Assembly (NCBI GenBank): GCA_024653325.1
Contig: JANLFX010000003.1
Span: 11,334-75,333, forward strand
DNA length: 64,000 bases
Origin: Anaerolineae bacterium
Lineage (GTDB): Bacteria; Chloroflexota; Anaerolineae; JACIWR01
Direction: 5' to 3'
Shown piece by piece: positions 44,255 through 54,770 of the stretch. Numbering within the stretch: the stretch's first letter is position 1; the number at the start of each line of letters is the position of its first letter. The notes under the pieces are model-generated. The model was not told the origin of the DNA. It did not search any database and was given only the letters and a program-made list of their open reading frames with translations. The translations under genes were made by a program, and so were the position numbers.

Positions 44255-44459
44255 GTCGAAAAGCCAATCACAGTCGGAGCGCAAACTGCGCATCACTTAC
44301 GTGAAAAGCAATATCGGGTATTCTGTTCGACAGAAAGATACTATCCGGGCCCTGGGCCTGCACCGTCTGGGCGACGTGGTGGAGAAGGCCGATACCCCGG
44401 TCATCCGGGGGATGATCCACAAGGTACGGCATCTGGTGACGGTGGAAGAAGTTGAATAG
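44247..44459 (+). CDS. rpmD: 50S ribosomal protein L30
   Basis: [18 protein letters not shown]. Confidence 0.96.
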   Translation: MSRSKSQSQSERKLRITYVKSNIGYSVRQKDTIRALGLHRLGDVVEKADTPVIRGMIHKVRHLVTVEEVE

Positions 44460-44483
44460 GCGGCAGGCCTGGAGCTGGAGGGG

Positions 44484-44960
44484 ATGATGAAGTTACATGA
44501 TTTGCGCCCTGCGGAAGGGGCTAAAAAGAAACGCAAGCGCGTGGGCCGGGGCATCTCGGCTGGTCAGGGCAAAACGGCTGGACGAGGCACCAAAGGCCAG
44601 GGAGCTCGCACCGGCGGGGGCAAGGGTCCTTACTTTGAAGGTGGGCAGTTGCCGTTGGTGCGTCGCCTGCCTCACAAGCGCGGCTTTACCAATATCTGGA
44701 GAGTGAAATACACGGCGGTGAACCTGGACCGGCTGAGTGGTTTCGCAGCCGGGGCGGAGGTGTCTCCTGAGACTCTGGCAGCGGCGGGCATTATTAAGCG
44801 GGCCGATGAGGCAGTGGCCATTCTGGGGCGGGGCAGCCTGGACCGACCCCTCACGGTTAAGGCCCATCGTTTTTCGGCCAGCGCCCGGGCCCAAATCGAG
44901 GCCGCTGGTGGCGTGGTTGAGGAGCTATCTCTCGGTCAGAAATGGATGCGAGAGAAATAG
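44484..44960 (+). CDS. rplO: 50S ribosomal protein L15
   Basis: [18 protein letters not shown]. Confidence 0.97.
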   Translation: MMKLHDLRPAEGAKKKRKRVGRGISAGQGKTAGRGTKGQGARTGGGKGPYFEGGQLPLVRRLPHKRGFTNIWRVKYTAVNLDRLSGFAAGAEVSPETLAAAGIIKRADEAVAILGRGSLDRPLTVKAHRFSASARAQIEAAGGVVEELSLGQKWMREK

Positions 44961-45014
44961 CGTGGGTCAATAGCCTGTGGTAGCTGGAAGGTCGGAAGGC
45001 TGGAAGGTTGGAGG

Positions 45015-46316
45015 ATGGGGATGATACAAGCGGTGCGAAATGCGTTTGGATTGCCGGACCTGAGACGGAAGATGCTGATCACTTTCCTGATATTGGTGAT
45101 CTACCGTCTGGCCGCGCACGTGCCGGTGCCGAATATTAAGGCCGAGCTCTTGTCCGAGGTGTTTTCCAAAAACCAGTTGCTCAGCCTGCTGGATATGTTC
45201 TCCGGCGGGGCGATGTCCAATTTCTCGGTGATGGCCATGGGGGTGTACCCCTATGTCACTGCCCAGATCGTCATCCAGCTTTTGCAGCCGATCATCCCCG
45301 CCCTTGAGGAGCTGGCTAAAGAGGGAGAGGCAGGGCGGAATAAGCTCAATCAGTATACCTATCTCCTGACCATTCCCTTGTGTGCACTTCAGGCGTTTAG
45401 CCTGGGCATGCAGATGCAGTATCAGGGGGTCATTACCAATTTCGGGCTGACGGGTTCAGCATGGCTGCCCACGCTGACCACCATCTTGACTATGACGGCG
45501 GGCACGATGTTTGCCATCTGGTTAGGCGAGTTGATCACTGAACAGGGCATCGGTCAGGGACTTTCGATCATCATCCTGGGCGGAATTGTGGCCCGTATCC
45601 CGCAGCGAGTGGGGGCGATGATCACCACCGACCTGCGAGGGCTGATCGCTTTCTTGATCATTACCGCGGTCACGGTGTTGGTCATCGTCATCGTGCAGGA
45701 GGGACAACGCCGTATCCCAGTGCAATATGGCAAGCGCGTGCTGGCCATGCGGGGCAACCGGCTGCGTATTGCTGGGGGGCAGAGCACACATATCCCGCTG
45801 CGGGTGAACTCGGCCGGGATGATCCCGTTGATCTTCGCCCAGTCTTTCATGATGCTGCCCGGGGTGATTGCTTCCTACTTTACCAATTCCGGGGTTTCCT
45901 GGGTGAAGACTGTGGCTACGAGCATTTACAACCTGTTCAATGGCCAGAGCACTTTTTACTGGATCATGTACTTCGTCCTGGTTATCGGCTTTACCTACTT
46001 TTACACGAGTATTGTTTTCCAGCAACAGAACCTGGCTGAGAACCTGAAGAAGCAGGGCGGATTCATCCCCGGCATCCGCCCAGGTAAGCGTACGGAAGAT
46101 TATCTCAACGAGGTATTGGGCCGGATTACCCTGGTAGGGGCGATATTCCTGGGTGTGGTGGCCATCCTGCCCTGGATGGTGCAGGATGTGACCGAGACAT
46201 CCACGATGCTCATTACCAGCACGGGCCTGCTCATCGTGGTTGGCGTGGTGTTGGATACCATGCGCCAGCTTGAGGCCCAGCTTCTCATGCGGCATTACGA
46301 GGGATTCATCAAGTAG
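45015..46316 (+). CDS. secY: Preprotein translocase SecY
   Basis: GVYPYVTAQI, GGFIPGIRPG, GLLIVVGV. Confidence 0.98.
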   Translation: MGMIQAVRNAFGLPDLRRKMLITFLILVIYRLAAHVPVPNIKAELLSEVFSKNQLLSLLDMFSGGAMSNFSVMAMGVYPYVTAQIVIQLLQPIIPALEELAKEGEAGRNKLNQYTYLLTIPLCALQAFSLGMQMQYQGVITNFGLTGSAWLPTLTTILTMTAGTMFAIWLGELITEQGIGQGLSIIILGGIVARIPQRVGAMITTDLRGLIAFLIITAVTVLVIVIVQEGQRRIPVQYGKRVLAMRGNRLRIAGGQSTHIPLRVNSAGMIPLIFAQSFMMLPGVIASYFTNSGVSWVKTVATSIYNLFNGQSTFYWIMYFVLVIGFTYFYTSIVFQQQNLAENLKKQGGFIPGIRPGKRTEDYLNEVLGRITLVGAIFLGVVAILPWMVQDVTETSTMLITSTGLLIVVGVVLDTMRQLEAQLLMRHYEGFIK

Positions 46317-46325
46317 GGGGCGTTC

Positions 46326-47006
46326 GTGGAATCAAAGCAGGCTCAATCCAGATTCATCGTTCTTTTGGGAGCGCCCGGGGCGGGCAAGGGTACGCAGGCA
46401 GCTTATCTGGAAGAGGTTTTAGGCATACCCCATGTGTCCAGCGGGGATCTCTTTCGTGAAAACTTGCGGAACGAGACTGGATTGGGAAAGTTGGCCCGTT
46501 CGTACATGGACAAAGGGGAGCTGGTTCCCGATGAAGTGACCATCGCTATGGTCAAGGAACGGCTGGCCCGGCCCGATTGTGCCGGGGGAGCGGTTCTGGA
46601 TGGGTTTCCACGGACCATTGCCCAGGCGCAGGCTCTGGATGAAATCCTGGCCGAAACAGGGCGGCGGGTGGGGATCGTGCCCTACATCAAAGTGCCTGAT
46701 GATGTATTGCTGGCCCGTCTGGCCGGGCGCTGGACGTGCCGCCAGTGCGAGGCAGTGTATCACGAACTCTTCAACCCGCCGAAAATCGCCGGGAAGTGTG
46801 ATGTGTGTGGTGGTGAGCTTTACCAGCGGGCGGACGATACGCCGGAAACTCAGCGCCGTCGTATCGAGGTATACTTCCAGCAGACCACCCCATTGATCGA
46901 GTACTACCGAGACCGGGGTTTGTTGGTAGAAATTGACGGGGCGCAATCCATCGAGCGAGTGCAGGCCGATCTGCTAGCAGCCATTCAATCTGGCAGCCAG
47001 AGCTGA
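46326..47006 (+). CDS. adk: Adenylate kinase (zinc-lid type)
   Basis: GAPGAGKGTQ, DGFPRT, CRQC...CDVC. Confidence 0.97.
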   Translation: MESKQAQSRFIVLLGAPGAGKGTQAAYLEEVLGIPHVSSGDLFRENLRNETGLGKLARSYMDKGELVPDEVTIAMVKERLARPDCAGGAVLDGFPRTIAQAQALDEILAETGRRVGIVPYIKVPDDVLLARLAGRWTCRQCEAVYHELFNPPKIAGKCDVCGGELYQRADDTPETQRRRIEVYFQQTTPLIEYYRDRGLLVEIDGAQSIERVQADLLAAIQSGSQS

Positions 47007-47024
47007 GATAAGACTCGCGGGGTA

Positions 47025-47780
47025 TTGATGATCACGTTGAAATCGCCGTCTGAACTGGCTCGCATGCGCCAGGCAGGCCGCATCGTAGCCACAGTCCTGG
47101 CCCTTTTGCAGGAGAAGATCGCGCCAGGAATAACCACCGGGGAATTGAACGAGCTGGCAGAGGAAACGATTCTCAAACACAAGGCAATTCCCTCGTTCAA
47201 AGGGTATCGCGGTTACCCTGCCGCCTTGTGCGTCTCCATCAACGAGGAAATAGTGCATGGCATTCCCGGCCCCCGGACGATTAAAGAGGGTGACTTGGTC
47301 AGCCTGGATGTAGGGGCGATTTACAAAGGATTTCAGGGGGATGCGGCCATTACCGTGGCTGTAGGAGAGGTATCACCAACGGCCTCCCGTCTGCTGGAGG
47401 TTACGGCGGGATCATTGGAGGCTGGTATCGCCCAATGCCTGGTTGGCAACCATCTGGGAGATATTTCGGCGGCGATTCAGAATTATGTTGAAGCGCGGGG
47501 ATTCTCTGTGATCCGCGAGTATACCGGACATGGCATCGGGCGGAAAATGCACGAAGACCCGCAGATCCCCAACTTCGGTGAACCGGGCCGCGGTGGGGTG
47601 CTCAGACCGGGTATGACTTTCGCCTTAGAACCCATGGTAGCGGTAGGTACATGGCGCACCCGCGTCCTGGACGATGGGTGGACGGTGGTGACTTTAGATG
47701 GTCAGCTCTCGGCACACTTTGAGCACACCATCGCGGTCACAGATGGACAGCCGGAAATTCTCACCCGGCTTGATGGGTAA
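47025..47780 (+). CDS. map: Type I methionine aminopeptidase
   Basis: VHGIP, GHGIG..MHEDP, SAHFEHT. Confidence 0.97.
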   Translation: MMITLKSPSELARMRQAGRIVATVLALLQEKIAPGITTGELNELAEETILKHKAIPSFKGYRGYPAALCVSINEEIVHGIPGPRTIKEGDLVSLDVGAIYKGFQGDAAITVAVGEVSPTASRLLEVTAGSLEAGIAQCLVGNHLGDISAAIQNYVEARGFSVIREYTGHGIGRKMHEDPQIPNFGEPGRGGVLRPGMTFALEPMVAVGTWRTRVLDDGWTVVTLDGQLSAHFEHTIAVTDGQPEILTRLDG

Positions 47781-47816
47781 CGGGTAATAGGTTGAGTAAC
47801 GAGTTGGAGGTTTGTT

Positions 47817-47930
47817 ATGAAAGTCTCATCTTCAGTCAAGAGACGGTGTCCCAAGTGCAAGATTGTCCGCCGGCGGGGCGTCGTACGGGTTATCTGCGAA
47901 AATCCCAGGCATAAGCAACGGCAGGGATGA
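47817..47930 (+). CDS. rpmJ: 50S ribosomal protein L36 (below the ORF-track size cut-off)
   Basis: Hand-translated [45 protein letters not shown]. Confidence 0.97.
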   Translation: MKVSSSVKRRCPKCKIVRRRGVVRVICENPRHKQRQG

Positions 47931-47991
47931 GGCCCGATCTCGGTCGGGGGAAGTGCGGAAGGGTCAAAGGATAGGGTAGGAGGATTTATAC

Positions 47992-48381
47992 ATGGCACGA
48001 ATCGCTGGGGTAGACTTGCCTCGTAACAAGCGGGTGGAGATTGCCCTGACGTATATCTATGGCATTGGCCGCGCCACCAGCAACGAGATTCTGAAAATGG
48101 CGGACATCAACCCCGATACGCGGGTGAAAGACCTGGCGGAGGCCGAGGTTAGCCGCTTGCGGGACATCATCAGCCGCAACTATCGGGTAGAGGGTGACCT
48201 GCGCCGTGAGGTGCAGATGAACATCAAGCGCTTAATGGACATTGGCTGCTATCGTGGGCTGCGACATCGCATGAATCTACCGGTGCATGGACAGCGAACG
48301 CGAACCAATGCCCGGACCAGGCGTGGGCCGAAGAAGACAGTGCCCGGGCGTGGCCGCCGCCGCGGGATGAAGAAGAAGTAA
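47992..48381 (+). CDS. rpsM: 30S ribosomal protein S13
   Basis: [21 protein letters not shown]. Confidence 0.98.
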   Translation: MARIAGVDLPRNKRVEIALTYIYGIGRATSNEILKMADINPDTRVKDLAEAEVSRLRDIISRNYRVEGDLRREVQMNIKRLMDIGCYRGLRHRMNLPVHGQRTRTNARTRRGPKKTVPGRGRRRGMKKK

Positions 48382-48430
48382 TCGCCAGGCTAGTTTCCGG
48401 TACAAAACGTAGTGGCCGACCGCTGCTGCG

Positions 48431-48647
48431 CCCTGAGTGGAATCGAAGGGTGTCGGCCTTATAAGCGGGCAGAGCCTGTCCTGAGCAGAGACGAAGGGCC
48501 GCCCGCCGCTATGTGTTTTGCACCGAGTACTAGGCATCTTCATAACCTCAAATCTCGACAAGTGAGTCAAGTTTTCACCGCCGAGACGCTGAGCACGCAG
48601 AGAGAAAGATGGAGAAAGCTCTGCGCCCTCTGCGTGCTCTGCGGTGA
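48431..48647. repeat. Intergenic repeat cluster inside the alpha operon
   Basis: Two CCTGAG..N..CGAAGGG units, then inverted TCACCGCCGAG...CTCTGCGGTGA arrays. Confidence 0.65.
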
Positions 48648-48706
48648 GACTGACTCGTCGGTTTGAGGCGAAGCTTCGCTAGTAAAGACTTTTTGGAGGA
48701 AAGATT

Positions 48707-49105
48707 ATGGGACGACCAACCAGGCGGGGTAAGAAAGCTGGACGACGGCAGAAACGTAGCGTGCCGTATGGTCATGCTCACATTCATTCTACGTTTAATA
48801 ACACCATCGTCACGATGACTGATCCGCAGGGTAACGTGATTACCTGGGGCAGCGCGGGAACGGCTGGTTTCAAGGGTTCGCGCAAGAGTACCCCCTATGC
48901 TGCGCGCATGGCGGCTCAGCAGGCAGCGCAGGCGGCGATGGAGAACGGATTACGAGAGGTGGACATTTTCGTCAAAGGGCCAGGCCCGGGTCGGGATGCA
49001 GCTATTCGGGCCTTGCAAGCGGTAGGTCTGAGGATACGCTCTATCACCGATGTGACTCCTATTCCGCATAACGGATGTCGTCCACCCAAGAAGAGAAGGG
49101 TATAG
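48707..49105 (+). CDS. rpsK: 30S ribosomal protein S11
   Basis: [21 protein letters not shown]. Confidence 0.98.
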   Translation: MGRPTRRGKKAGRRQKRSVPYGHAHIHSTFNNTIVTMTDPQGNVITWGSAGTAGFKGSRKSTPYAARMAAQQAAQAAMENGLREVDIFVKGPGPGRDAAIRALQAVGLRIRSITDVTPIPHNGCRPPKKRRV

Positions 49106-49171
49106 TGCAGGATTGTCCTGGGTGAGCATCACCCACGGGCATGACGTTCCTCACTGAAATCAGGAGGTTCA

Positions 49172-49810
49172 ATGGCAAGATATTTGGGTCCGGTTTGCAA
49201 ACTGTGTCGGCGAGAAGGCGAAAAGCTGTTTCTTAAAGGGGAGCGGTGTTTTAGTGCGAAATGTGCATTGGAACAGCGGGCCTATGCCCCGGGTATGCAC
49301 GGGCGTGAGAGCCAGTTTCGCAGAGGGCGTGCCTCAGATTACTCCCAGCAGCTCCGGGAGAAACAGAAGGTGCGCCGTATCTATGGGGTGTTGGAGCGTC
49401 AGTTCCGGCGCTATTACAGAGAAGCCCTGCAGCGTAAGGGACTGACGGGTGAAAATCTGCTCATCATTCTGGAGAGCCGGCTGGATAACGTGGTCCATCG
49501 CCTGGGATTTGCCAGCTCTCGAGCGCAGGCCAGGCAGCTCGTCCGGCATGGTCACTTTGCCCTGAACGGTCGGCGGGTGACTATCCCTTCCGTATTGGTT
49601 AAACCGGGTGATGAGATGACAGTGCTGCCCCAGAGTCGGAAACTCAAGTACTTCAAGGACGTGGCAAAGGTGCTGGACGAGAAGAACGTGCCAAGTTGGC
49701 TGAGCCTCGACCCCCTCAATATGACCGGACGTGTGTTGAACATGCCCACGCGGCAGGAGATCGACTCTGCGATTAAAGAGCAACTGATCGTGGAGTATTA
49801 CAGCCGCTAG
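49172..49810 (+). CDS. rpsD: 30S ribosomal protein S4
   Basis: [24 protein letters not shown]. Confidence 0.98.
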   Translation: MARYLGPVCKLCRREGEKLFLKGERCFSAKCALEQRAYAPGMHGRESQFRRGRASDYSQQLREKQKVRRIYGVLERQFRRYYREALQRKGLTGENLLIILESRLDNVVHRLGFASSRAQARQLVRHGHFALNGRRVTIPSVLVKPGDEMTVLPQSRKLKYFKDVAKVLDEKNVPSWLSLDPLNMTGRVLNMPTRQEIDSAIKEQLIVEYYSR

Positions 49811-49992
49811 TCTTCATACTTTTCGATAGGCGTCCAGCTCGGACGCGGAGTGCACGGCATTTCCAACCGCGTGGAAGGCTTATCGGAAGGAGAAGACCAG
49901 TTTTATCAGCCCTGGGTTCGGGGTATGAGTTGAGGAGGATGAAGTAATTATCCGCTTTTATTCGCCGGACACCAGGGCAGGGAGGGTGACCT

Positions 49993-50973
49993 TTGTCCAA
50001 TATGGTTTTACCTAAAATTGAATGTGATGCCGTCGCTCAAAATTACGGACGTTTTGTCATCAGTCCGTTGGAGAGCGGATATGGCATAACCCTGGGTAAT
50101 GCCCTGCGTCGGGTATTACTGGCTTCCTTGCCGGGTGCAGCGGTGACGTCCATCCGCGTCAGTGACGTATATCATGAGTTCTCACCCATTCCTGGGGTGA
50201 AAGAAGACATGATGACGCTGATTCTTAACGTGAAAAAGCTGCGTCTGAAGATGTACACTGACGAGCCAACCCGTATGCGCCTGGAGGTACGTGGCGAGGG
50301 CGTAGTCACTGCTGGTGACATCAATGCTCCCTCTTCGGTGGAAATCGTCAACCCCGATCTGCACCTTTTGACAGTGGACTCGGACGACGTGAATTTGGAA
50401 ATCGAGTTCCGGGTGGAGAAGGGTCGGGGGTATTCCCCGGCCAGCGAGCGAGATCGGGCGCCTATCGGGGAGTTGCCGGTAGATGCTATATTCAGCCCCG
50501 TGCGCAAAGCCAACTACCTGGTGGAACGGACCCGCGTGGGCCAGATGACTAACTACGACCGGCTGATCATGGAGATATGGACCGACGGCACCATGCGTCC
50601 CGTTGAGGCTTTGCGGGAAGCGGCGCGCATTCTGGTGCAGCACTTCTCACTGGTAGCCGGAGTGGAAGAGATGCTGTTGCCGGAGGAGGAGCAGGAGATC
50701 GAGGAGGGGATTCCGGCGCGCATTTACGACGTCCCGATCGAGGACCTGGACCTCAGCGTGCGGGTGTACAACTGTCTGAAAAGGACGGGGATCGCCAAAG
50801 TAGGCGAGGTGCTGGAAAGGTTAGAAAAAGGTGAGGAGGAAATGCTCACCATCCGCAATTTTGGCGCCAAGTCGTTGGCCGAATTGCGGGAAAAACTGGC
50901 AGCCAAGGGCTTCCTGGGTGCGGGTGTACGAGGTGAAGAGGCTATAATAAGATCAGGGGAAGAGCAGGCATAA
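49993..50973 (+). CDS. rpoA: RNA polymerase alpha subunit
   Basis: TLGNALRRVLL, DAIFSPV, LSVRVYNCLKR. Confidence 0.98.
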   Translation: MSNMVLPKIECDAVAQNYGRFVISPLESGYGITLGNALRRVLLASLPGAAVTSIRVSDVYHEFSPIPGVKEDMMTLILNVKKLRLKMYTDEPTRMRLEVRGEGVVTAGDINAPSSVEIVNPDLHLLTVDSDDVNLEIEFRVEKGRGYSPASERDRAPIGELPVDAIFSPVRKANYLVERTRVGQMTNYDRLIMEIWTDGTMRPVEALREAARILVQHFSLVAGVEEMLLPEEEQEIEEGIPARIYDVPIEDLDLSVRVYNCLKRTGIAKVGEVLERLEKGEEEMLTIRNFGAKSLAELREKLAAKGFLGAGVRGEEAIIRSGEEQA

Positions 50974-51024
50974 TCCCCCTTGACGCTCTGGATAACAGTG
51001 TATTGGAGATTCAGGAGAGCAGAA

Positions 51025-51405
51025 ATGAGACATCGGAAAGCCGGCCGCAAGCTGGGCCGTAGCACGGGACAGCGGCGAGCTCTATATAGAAACATGATTA
51101 CCCAATTGTTTCTTCACGGACGGATTACTACCACCGAAGCCAAAGCTAAGGCCATTCGGGGTCAGGCAGAACGCCTGATCACCATTGCCAAACGGGGAAA
51201 CAGTGCGGAGGAACCGGCACGTCGGGTACATGCCCGCCGACTGGTTGCCGCTCGTCTGAATGGCCCGCAAGTGGTCAGTAAGCTTTTTAGCGAGATCGCT
51301 CCCCGCTACGAGACGCGCCCGGGCGGATATACTCGTATCCTCAAACTGGGCCAGCGACAGGGCGATGGAGCGCGCATGGCCTTGATCGAATTGATCGAGG
51401 AGTAG
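51025..51405 (+). CDS. rplQ: 50S ribosomal protein L17
   Basis: MRHRKAGRKLGR, RPGGYTRI. Confidence 0.97.
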   Translation: MRHRKAGRKLGRSTGQRRALYRNMITQLFLHGRITTTEAKAKAIRGQAERLITIAKRGNSAEEPARRVHARRLVAARLNGPQVVSKLFSEIAPRYETRPGGYTRILKLGQRQGDGARMALIELIEE

Positions 51406-51409
51406 CGGG

Positions 51410-52207
51410 ATGGGCGAGGGCGGATGCCGGACGCAGAAGGGCGACCTGCAATCGGCACCCGGCTTCCGTTACGTACGGGCTACGGTCGAATATGACGGCA
51501 CGGACTATTGCGGCTTTCAATGGCAGAATGGACAACCGACCGTGCAAGGCGAACTGGAACGGGCACTAACCGCCGTCACCCAGGAGGAGATTCGTATCAC
51601 CGCCGCCGGACGTACGGATGCAGGAGTTCACGCCCGCGGGCAGGTGATTGCCTTCCATACCCGGTGGCGACATCCGCTGGAGGAACTGGAGCGAGCCCTC
51701 AATGCCCTGTTGGCCGAGGATGTGGCCGTGCGAGATCTGACGCTGGCCGAGGAAGGATTCCATCCCCGGTTCAGCGCCTCCAGCCGGGAGTACCGGTACA
51801 CCATTCTCAATCAATGGGTGCGTTCACCTCTGGCCCGGCGGTTTGCCTATCACTGGCCTCAGCCGCTGAACGTGGAGGCCATGCAGCAGGCAGCCCAAGC
51901 GTTGGTTGGCACGCATGATTTCGCCACGTTCGGGCAGCCGCCTCAGGGGGAGAGCACCGTGCGTCAGGTGTTGCAGGCCACTTGCCGCCGGGAAGGTCCC
52001 TTTGTGTACTTCGATATTGAGGCCAATGCCTTTTTACAGCGGATGGTGCGCAGCATAGTGGGCACGCTTCTGCAAGTGGGCAGCGGTGCGCTTTCGCTCC
52101 AGGATTTTGTGCAGATTCTACATGCGGCAGACCGCAGTCTGGCTGGACCTGTGGCCCCGCCCCACGGCCTGTGTCTGATGCGGGTGAATTATGTTCGTGA
52201 AACGTGA
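51410..52207 (+). CDS. truA: tRNA pseudouridine(38-40) synthase
   Basis: EYDGT, AGRTDAGVHA, FLQRMVR. Confidence 0.97.
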   Translation: MGEGGCRTQKGDLQSAPGFRYVRATVEYDGTDYCGFQWQNGQPTVQGELERALTAVTQEEIRITAAGRTDAGVHARGQVIAFHTRWRHPLEELERALNALLAEDVAVRDLTLAEEGFHPRFSASSREYRYTILNQWVRSPLARRFAYHWPQPLNVEAMQQAAQALVGTHDFATFGQPPQGESTVRQVLQATCRREGPFVYFDIEANAFLQRMVRSIVGTLLQVGSGALSLQDFVQILHAADRSLAGPVAPPHGLCLMRVNYVRET

Positions 52208-52231
52208 AACGTTTTTCAAGGAGTTGGAGCT

Positions 52232-52660
52232 GTGAAGACATACGCAGTTAAAGCGAATGAAATTGAGCGAGAGTGGTTTGTAGTGGATGCCGAGGGCAAG
52301 ACCTTGGGACGCCTTGCTTCCCAAATTGCTATGATCCTCAAAGGCAAACATAAGCCGATCTACAGTCCCCATCTGGATGTGGGCGATTACGTGATCGTGG
52401 TTAACGCCGAAAAGGTGCGGGTCACCGGACGCAAATTGGAGCAGAAGTTCTACTACCGCCATTCAGGCTATCCGGCCGGCTTGAAGAGTATTAGTCTCAA
52501 AGACCAGTTGAGTCGGCATCCCACTCGCGTGTTGGAGGCGGCCGTGCGGGGCATGCTGCCGAAAAACAGATTGGGGCGACGGATGATCAAGAAATTGAAG
52601 ATCTACGCCGGCCCGGAGCATCCCCATCAGGCCCAGCAACCTAAAGAGCTGGTTCTGTAG
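52232..52660 (+). CDS. rplM: 50S ribosomal protein L13
   Basis: [20 protein letters not shown]. Confidence 0.98.
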   Translation: MKTYAVKANEIEREWFVVDAEGKTLGRLASQIAMILKGKHKPIYSPHLDVGDYVIVVNAEKVRVTGRKLEQKFYYRHSGYPAGLKSISLKDQLSRHPTRVLEAAVRGMLPKNRLGRRMIKKLKIYAGPEHPHQAQQPKELVL

Positions 52661-52674
52661 AGAGGAGTAAGTAG

Positions 52675-53070
52675 ATGGCAAGCGTTTATTACGAAGGAGT
52701 AGGGAGAAGAAAAACGTCCACTGCCCGGGTGCGCCTTTTCCCCGGCGGCACCGGCACCATCGTCATCAACGACAAGCCAGTAAACGAGTATTTCTTCCGT
52801 GCGGTGGATGTGACTAACCTCCTGGCCCCGTTAGAGGTGACAGGGATGAAGGAGGCATTTAACATCACGGTGCGAGTAAAGGGCGGCGGAATCTCCGGGC
52901 AAGCGGGAGCGGTGCAATTGGGCATTGCCCGGGCCCTCCTCAAAGCCAATCCCGACCTCCGTCCCGTGCTACGCAGTGGTGGTTTTCTCACCCGCGATAC
53001 GCGAATGAAAGAGCGCAAAAAGCCCGGTTTCAAACGTGCGCGCAAGGCCCCGACCTACACCAAGCGGTAG
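52675..53070 (+). CDS. rpsI: 30S ribosomal protein S9
   Basis: GRRKTSTARV, GGGISGQAGA, ERKKPG. Confidence 0.98.
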   Translation: MASVYYEGVGRRKTSTARVRLFPGGTGTIVINDKPVNEYFFRAVDVTNLLAPLEVTGMKEAFNITVRVKGGGISGQAGAVQLGIARALLKANPDLRPVLRSGGFLTRDTRMKERKKPGFKRARKAPTYTKR

Positions 53071-53100
53071 GCTCGCTCTGGCCCGAATGTTGAAAGCACA

Positions 53101-53149
53101 AGCAGGCGCAGCCCCGTATATCCTCTCGGGTTCTGCGCCTGTTGCATTT
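53101..53149 (+). terminator. Probable terminator hairpin after rpsI
   Basis: AGCAGGCGCAG...CTGCGCCTGTT with a weak T tail. Confidence 0.55.
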
Positions 53150-53209
53150 ACCGCCCAAACGCTGACCTGCCCTGAGCGCCAGTGAGGGCAATCCTCATTG
53201 TTCGCACTC

Positions 53210-53238
53210 TTGACAAACCGCTGGTCTTATGCTATACT
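53210..53238 (+). promoter_or_regulatory. Sigma70 promoter of the ROK/sugar operon
   Basis: TTGACA-N17-TATACT with extended -10 TG. Confidence 0.8.
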
Positions 53239-53316
53239 CAGCTCTGTATTGTGGATGCTTTCGGCGCTATCCGTGGGCTGCGCTGCTCCTGTACTTGTGT
53301 TCGGCAGTTGGCCTAT

Positions 53317-53342
53317 GTAGAACGGGTTGAGACCTGTTCTAC
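53317..53342. repeat. 26-bp GTAG...CTAC REP-like palindrome
   Basis: GTAGAACGGGTTGAGACCTGTTCTAC. Confidence 0.65.
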
Positions 53343-53357
53343 GAAAGGAATGCCCTC

Positions 53358-54611
53358 TTGAGCAAGAAATTGCTGACAGCCGATCTCGGCTTGATGCGCG
53401 ATTTCAACAAGGCCCTCGTCCTCAGTCTGATCCACCGTCAAGGAACTATCTCCCGAGCGGAAATTGCCAAACGAACTAACCTCAGCCGTTCCACGGTTTC
53501 CAACATCGCCACCGAGCTCCTGGCCGCCAATCTGGTCCGCGAATCGGGCATCGGTCAATCTCAAGGCGGAAGACGCCCCATTTTGCTTGAATTTAATTAC
53601 CAGGCCGGGTACGTAGTGGGTGTCGAATTAGGGGCCACTCATGTCGTGGTTATCGTGGCCGACCTGGAACCCAGGATCATCGTTGAGCTTGAGCAGGATT
53701 TCGATCTGACGATTGGGCCGGAGGCAGGTCTCTGCCGGGTGGCAGAACTGGCCCGACAGGCCCTGGCGCAGGCCGGGGTGAACCCAGAGCAGGTGGTGGG
53801 AATAGGTTTGGGGGTACCCGGCCCGGTCCGCCATGAAATGGGCACTGTGATTTTTCCTCCCATCATGCCCGGCTGGCACGGATTTCCCTTACGTGATCGT
53901 CTGGAAAAGGAATTGGGAACGGCGGTTTACCTGGACAACGACGCTAATCTGGGTGCCTTGGGGGAATGGGCCCATGGGGCTGGTCAAGGGGTGGACAATC
54001 TGGCTTATATCAAAGTGGGCACAGGCATCGGCTGTGGTCTGCTCATTGATGGCCAGATTTATCGGGGGCAGAGTGGCAGTGCCGGGGAGATAGGGCATAT
54101 CACTATTGACGAAAACGGCCCGCCGTGTCGGTGCGGTAACTACGGTTGCCTGGAGAGCATGGCCGCCGGACCGGCTATCGCCCATCGGGCACAATTGGCT
54201 ATCAAGGCGGGACAGGAAACTATGCTGAGCAAAGCAAAGCCTGTGGAGGAAATAACCGCCGCCGATGTGTCACGAGCTGCCTCTCAGGGTGATCCTCTCA
54301 GCCTGCAATTGTTCCACGAGGCGGGCCGGCACATCGGCGTGGCCCTGGCTGGTTTAATTAACCTTTTTAATCCCAAACTGGTGATCATCGGTGGTGGAGT
54401 GGCCCGGGCGGGGGATGTGCTGCTGGAACCCATCCGCCGCAGTGTGCAGAGCCACGGGCTGCGAACCGCCGTAGAAAATTGTCAGATTGTGCAAGCTCAG
54501 TTGGGCCGCGAGGCCACGGCCCTGGGGGCCGTGACCCTGGTTCTGGAAAAGATGTTCCGCAGTCCCCAACTGAGCCTTGCCGTTTCCACCCCTCTACCCG
54601 TTGGCCTTTGA
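53358..54611 (+). CDS. ROK-family transcriptional repressor (XylR/NagC-like)
   Basis: HTH SRAEIAKRTNLSRSTVS, GGRRP, AGEIGH, CRCGNYGCLE. Confidence 0.95.
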   Translation: MSKKLLTADLGLMRDFNKALVLSLIHRQGTISRAEIAKRTNLSRSTVSNIATELLAANLVRESGIGQSQGGRRPILLEFNYQAGYVVGVELGATHVVVIVADLEPRIIVELEQDFDLTIGPEAGLCRVAELARQALAQAGVNPEQVVGIGLGVPGPVRHEMGTVIFPPIMPGWHGFPLRDRLEKELGTAVYLDNDANLGALGEWAHGAGQGVDNLAYIKVGTGIGCGLLIDGQIYRGQSGSAGEIGHITIDENGPPCRCGNYGCLESMAAGPAIAHRAQLAIKAGQETMLSKAKPVEEITAADVSRAASQGDPLSLQLFHEAGRHIGVALAGLINLFNPKLVIIGGGVARAGDVLLEPIRRSVQSHGLRTAVENCQIVQAQLGREATALGAVTLVLEKMFRSPQLSLAVSTPLPVGL

Positions 54612-54770
54612 TTGTCAGTAGTCAGGTCTGTCAGCAGGGTATTGGAAGACGAGGGTGTTTTCACGAAAGGGGGGATGTGTATAAAACACGTGCGAAGAGG
54701 CAGTGCTCGGATCCATTGACGGGCGAACGAATTTCAGTTGCCATGCAAATTACTAGGAGGAGATACGAAC

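Noticed and set aside
48412..48666. 84-aa ORF between rpsM and rpsK (likewise 41760..41954)
   Set aside because: Made up of translated repeat elements, with no RBS or protein-like features.
54655..54689. GTGTTTT...AAAACAC inverted repeat as ROK operator
   Set aside because: Long spacer, no convincing promoter beside it and no second copy found; too weak to call.
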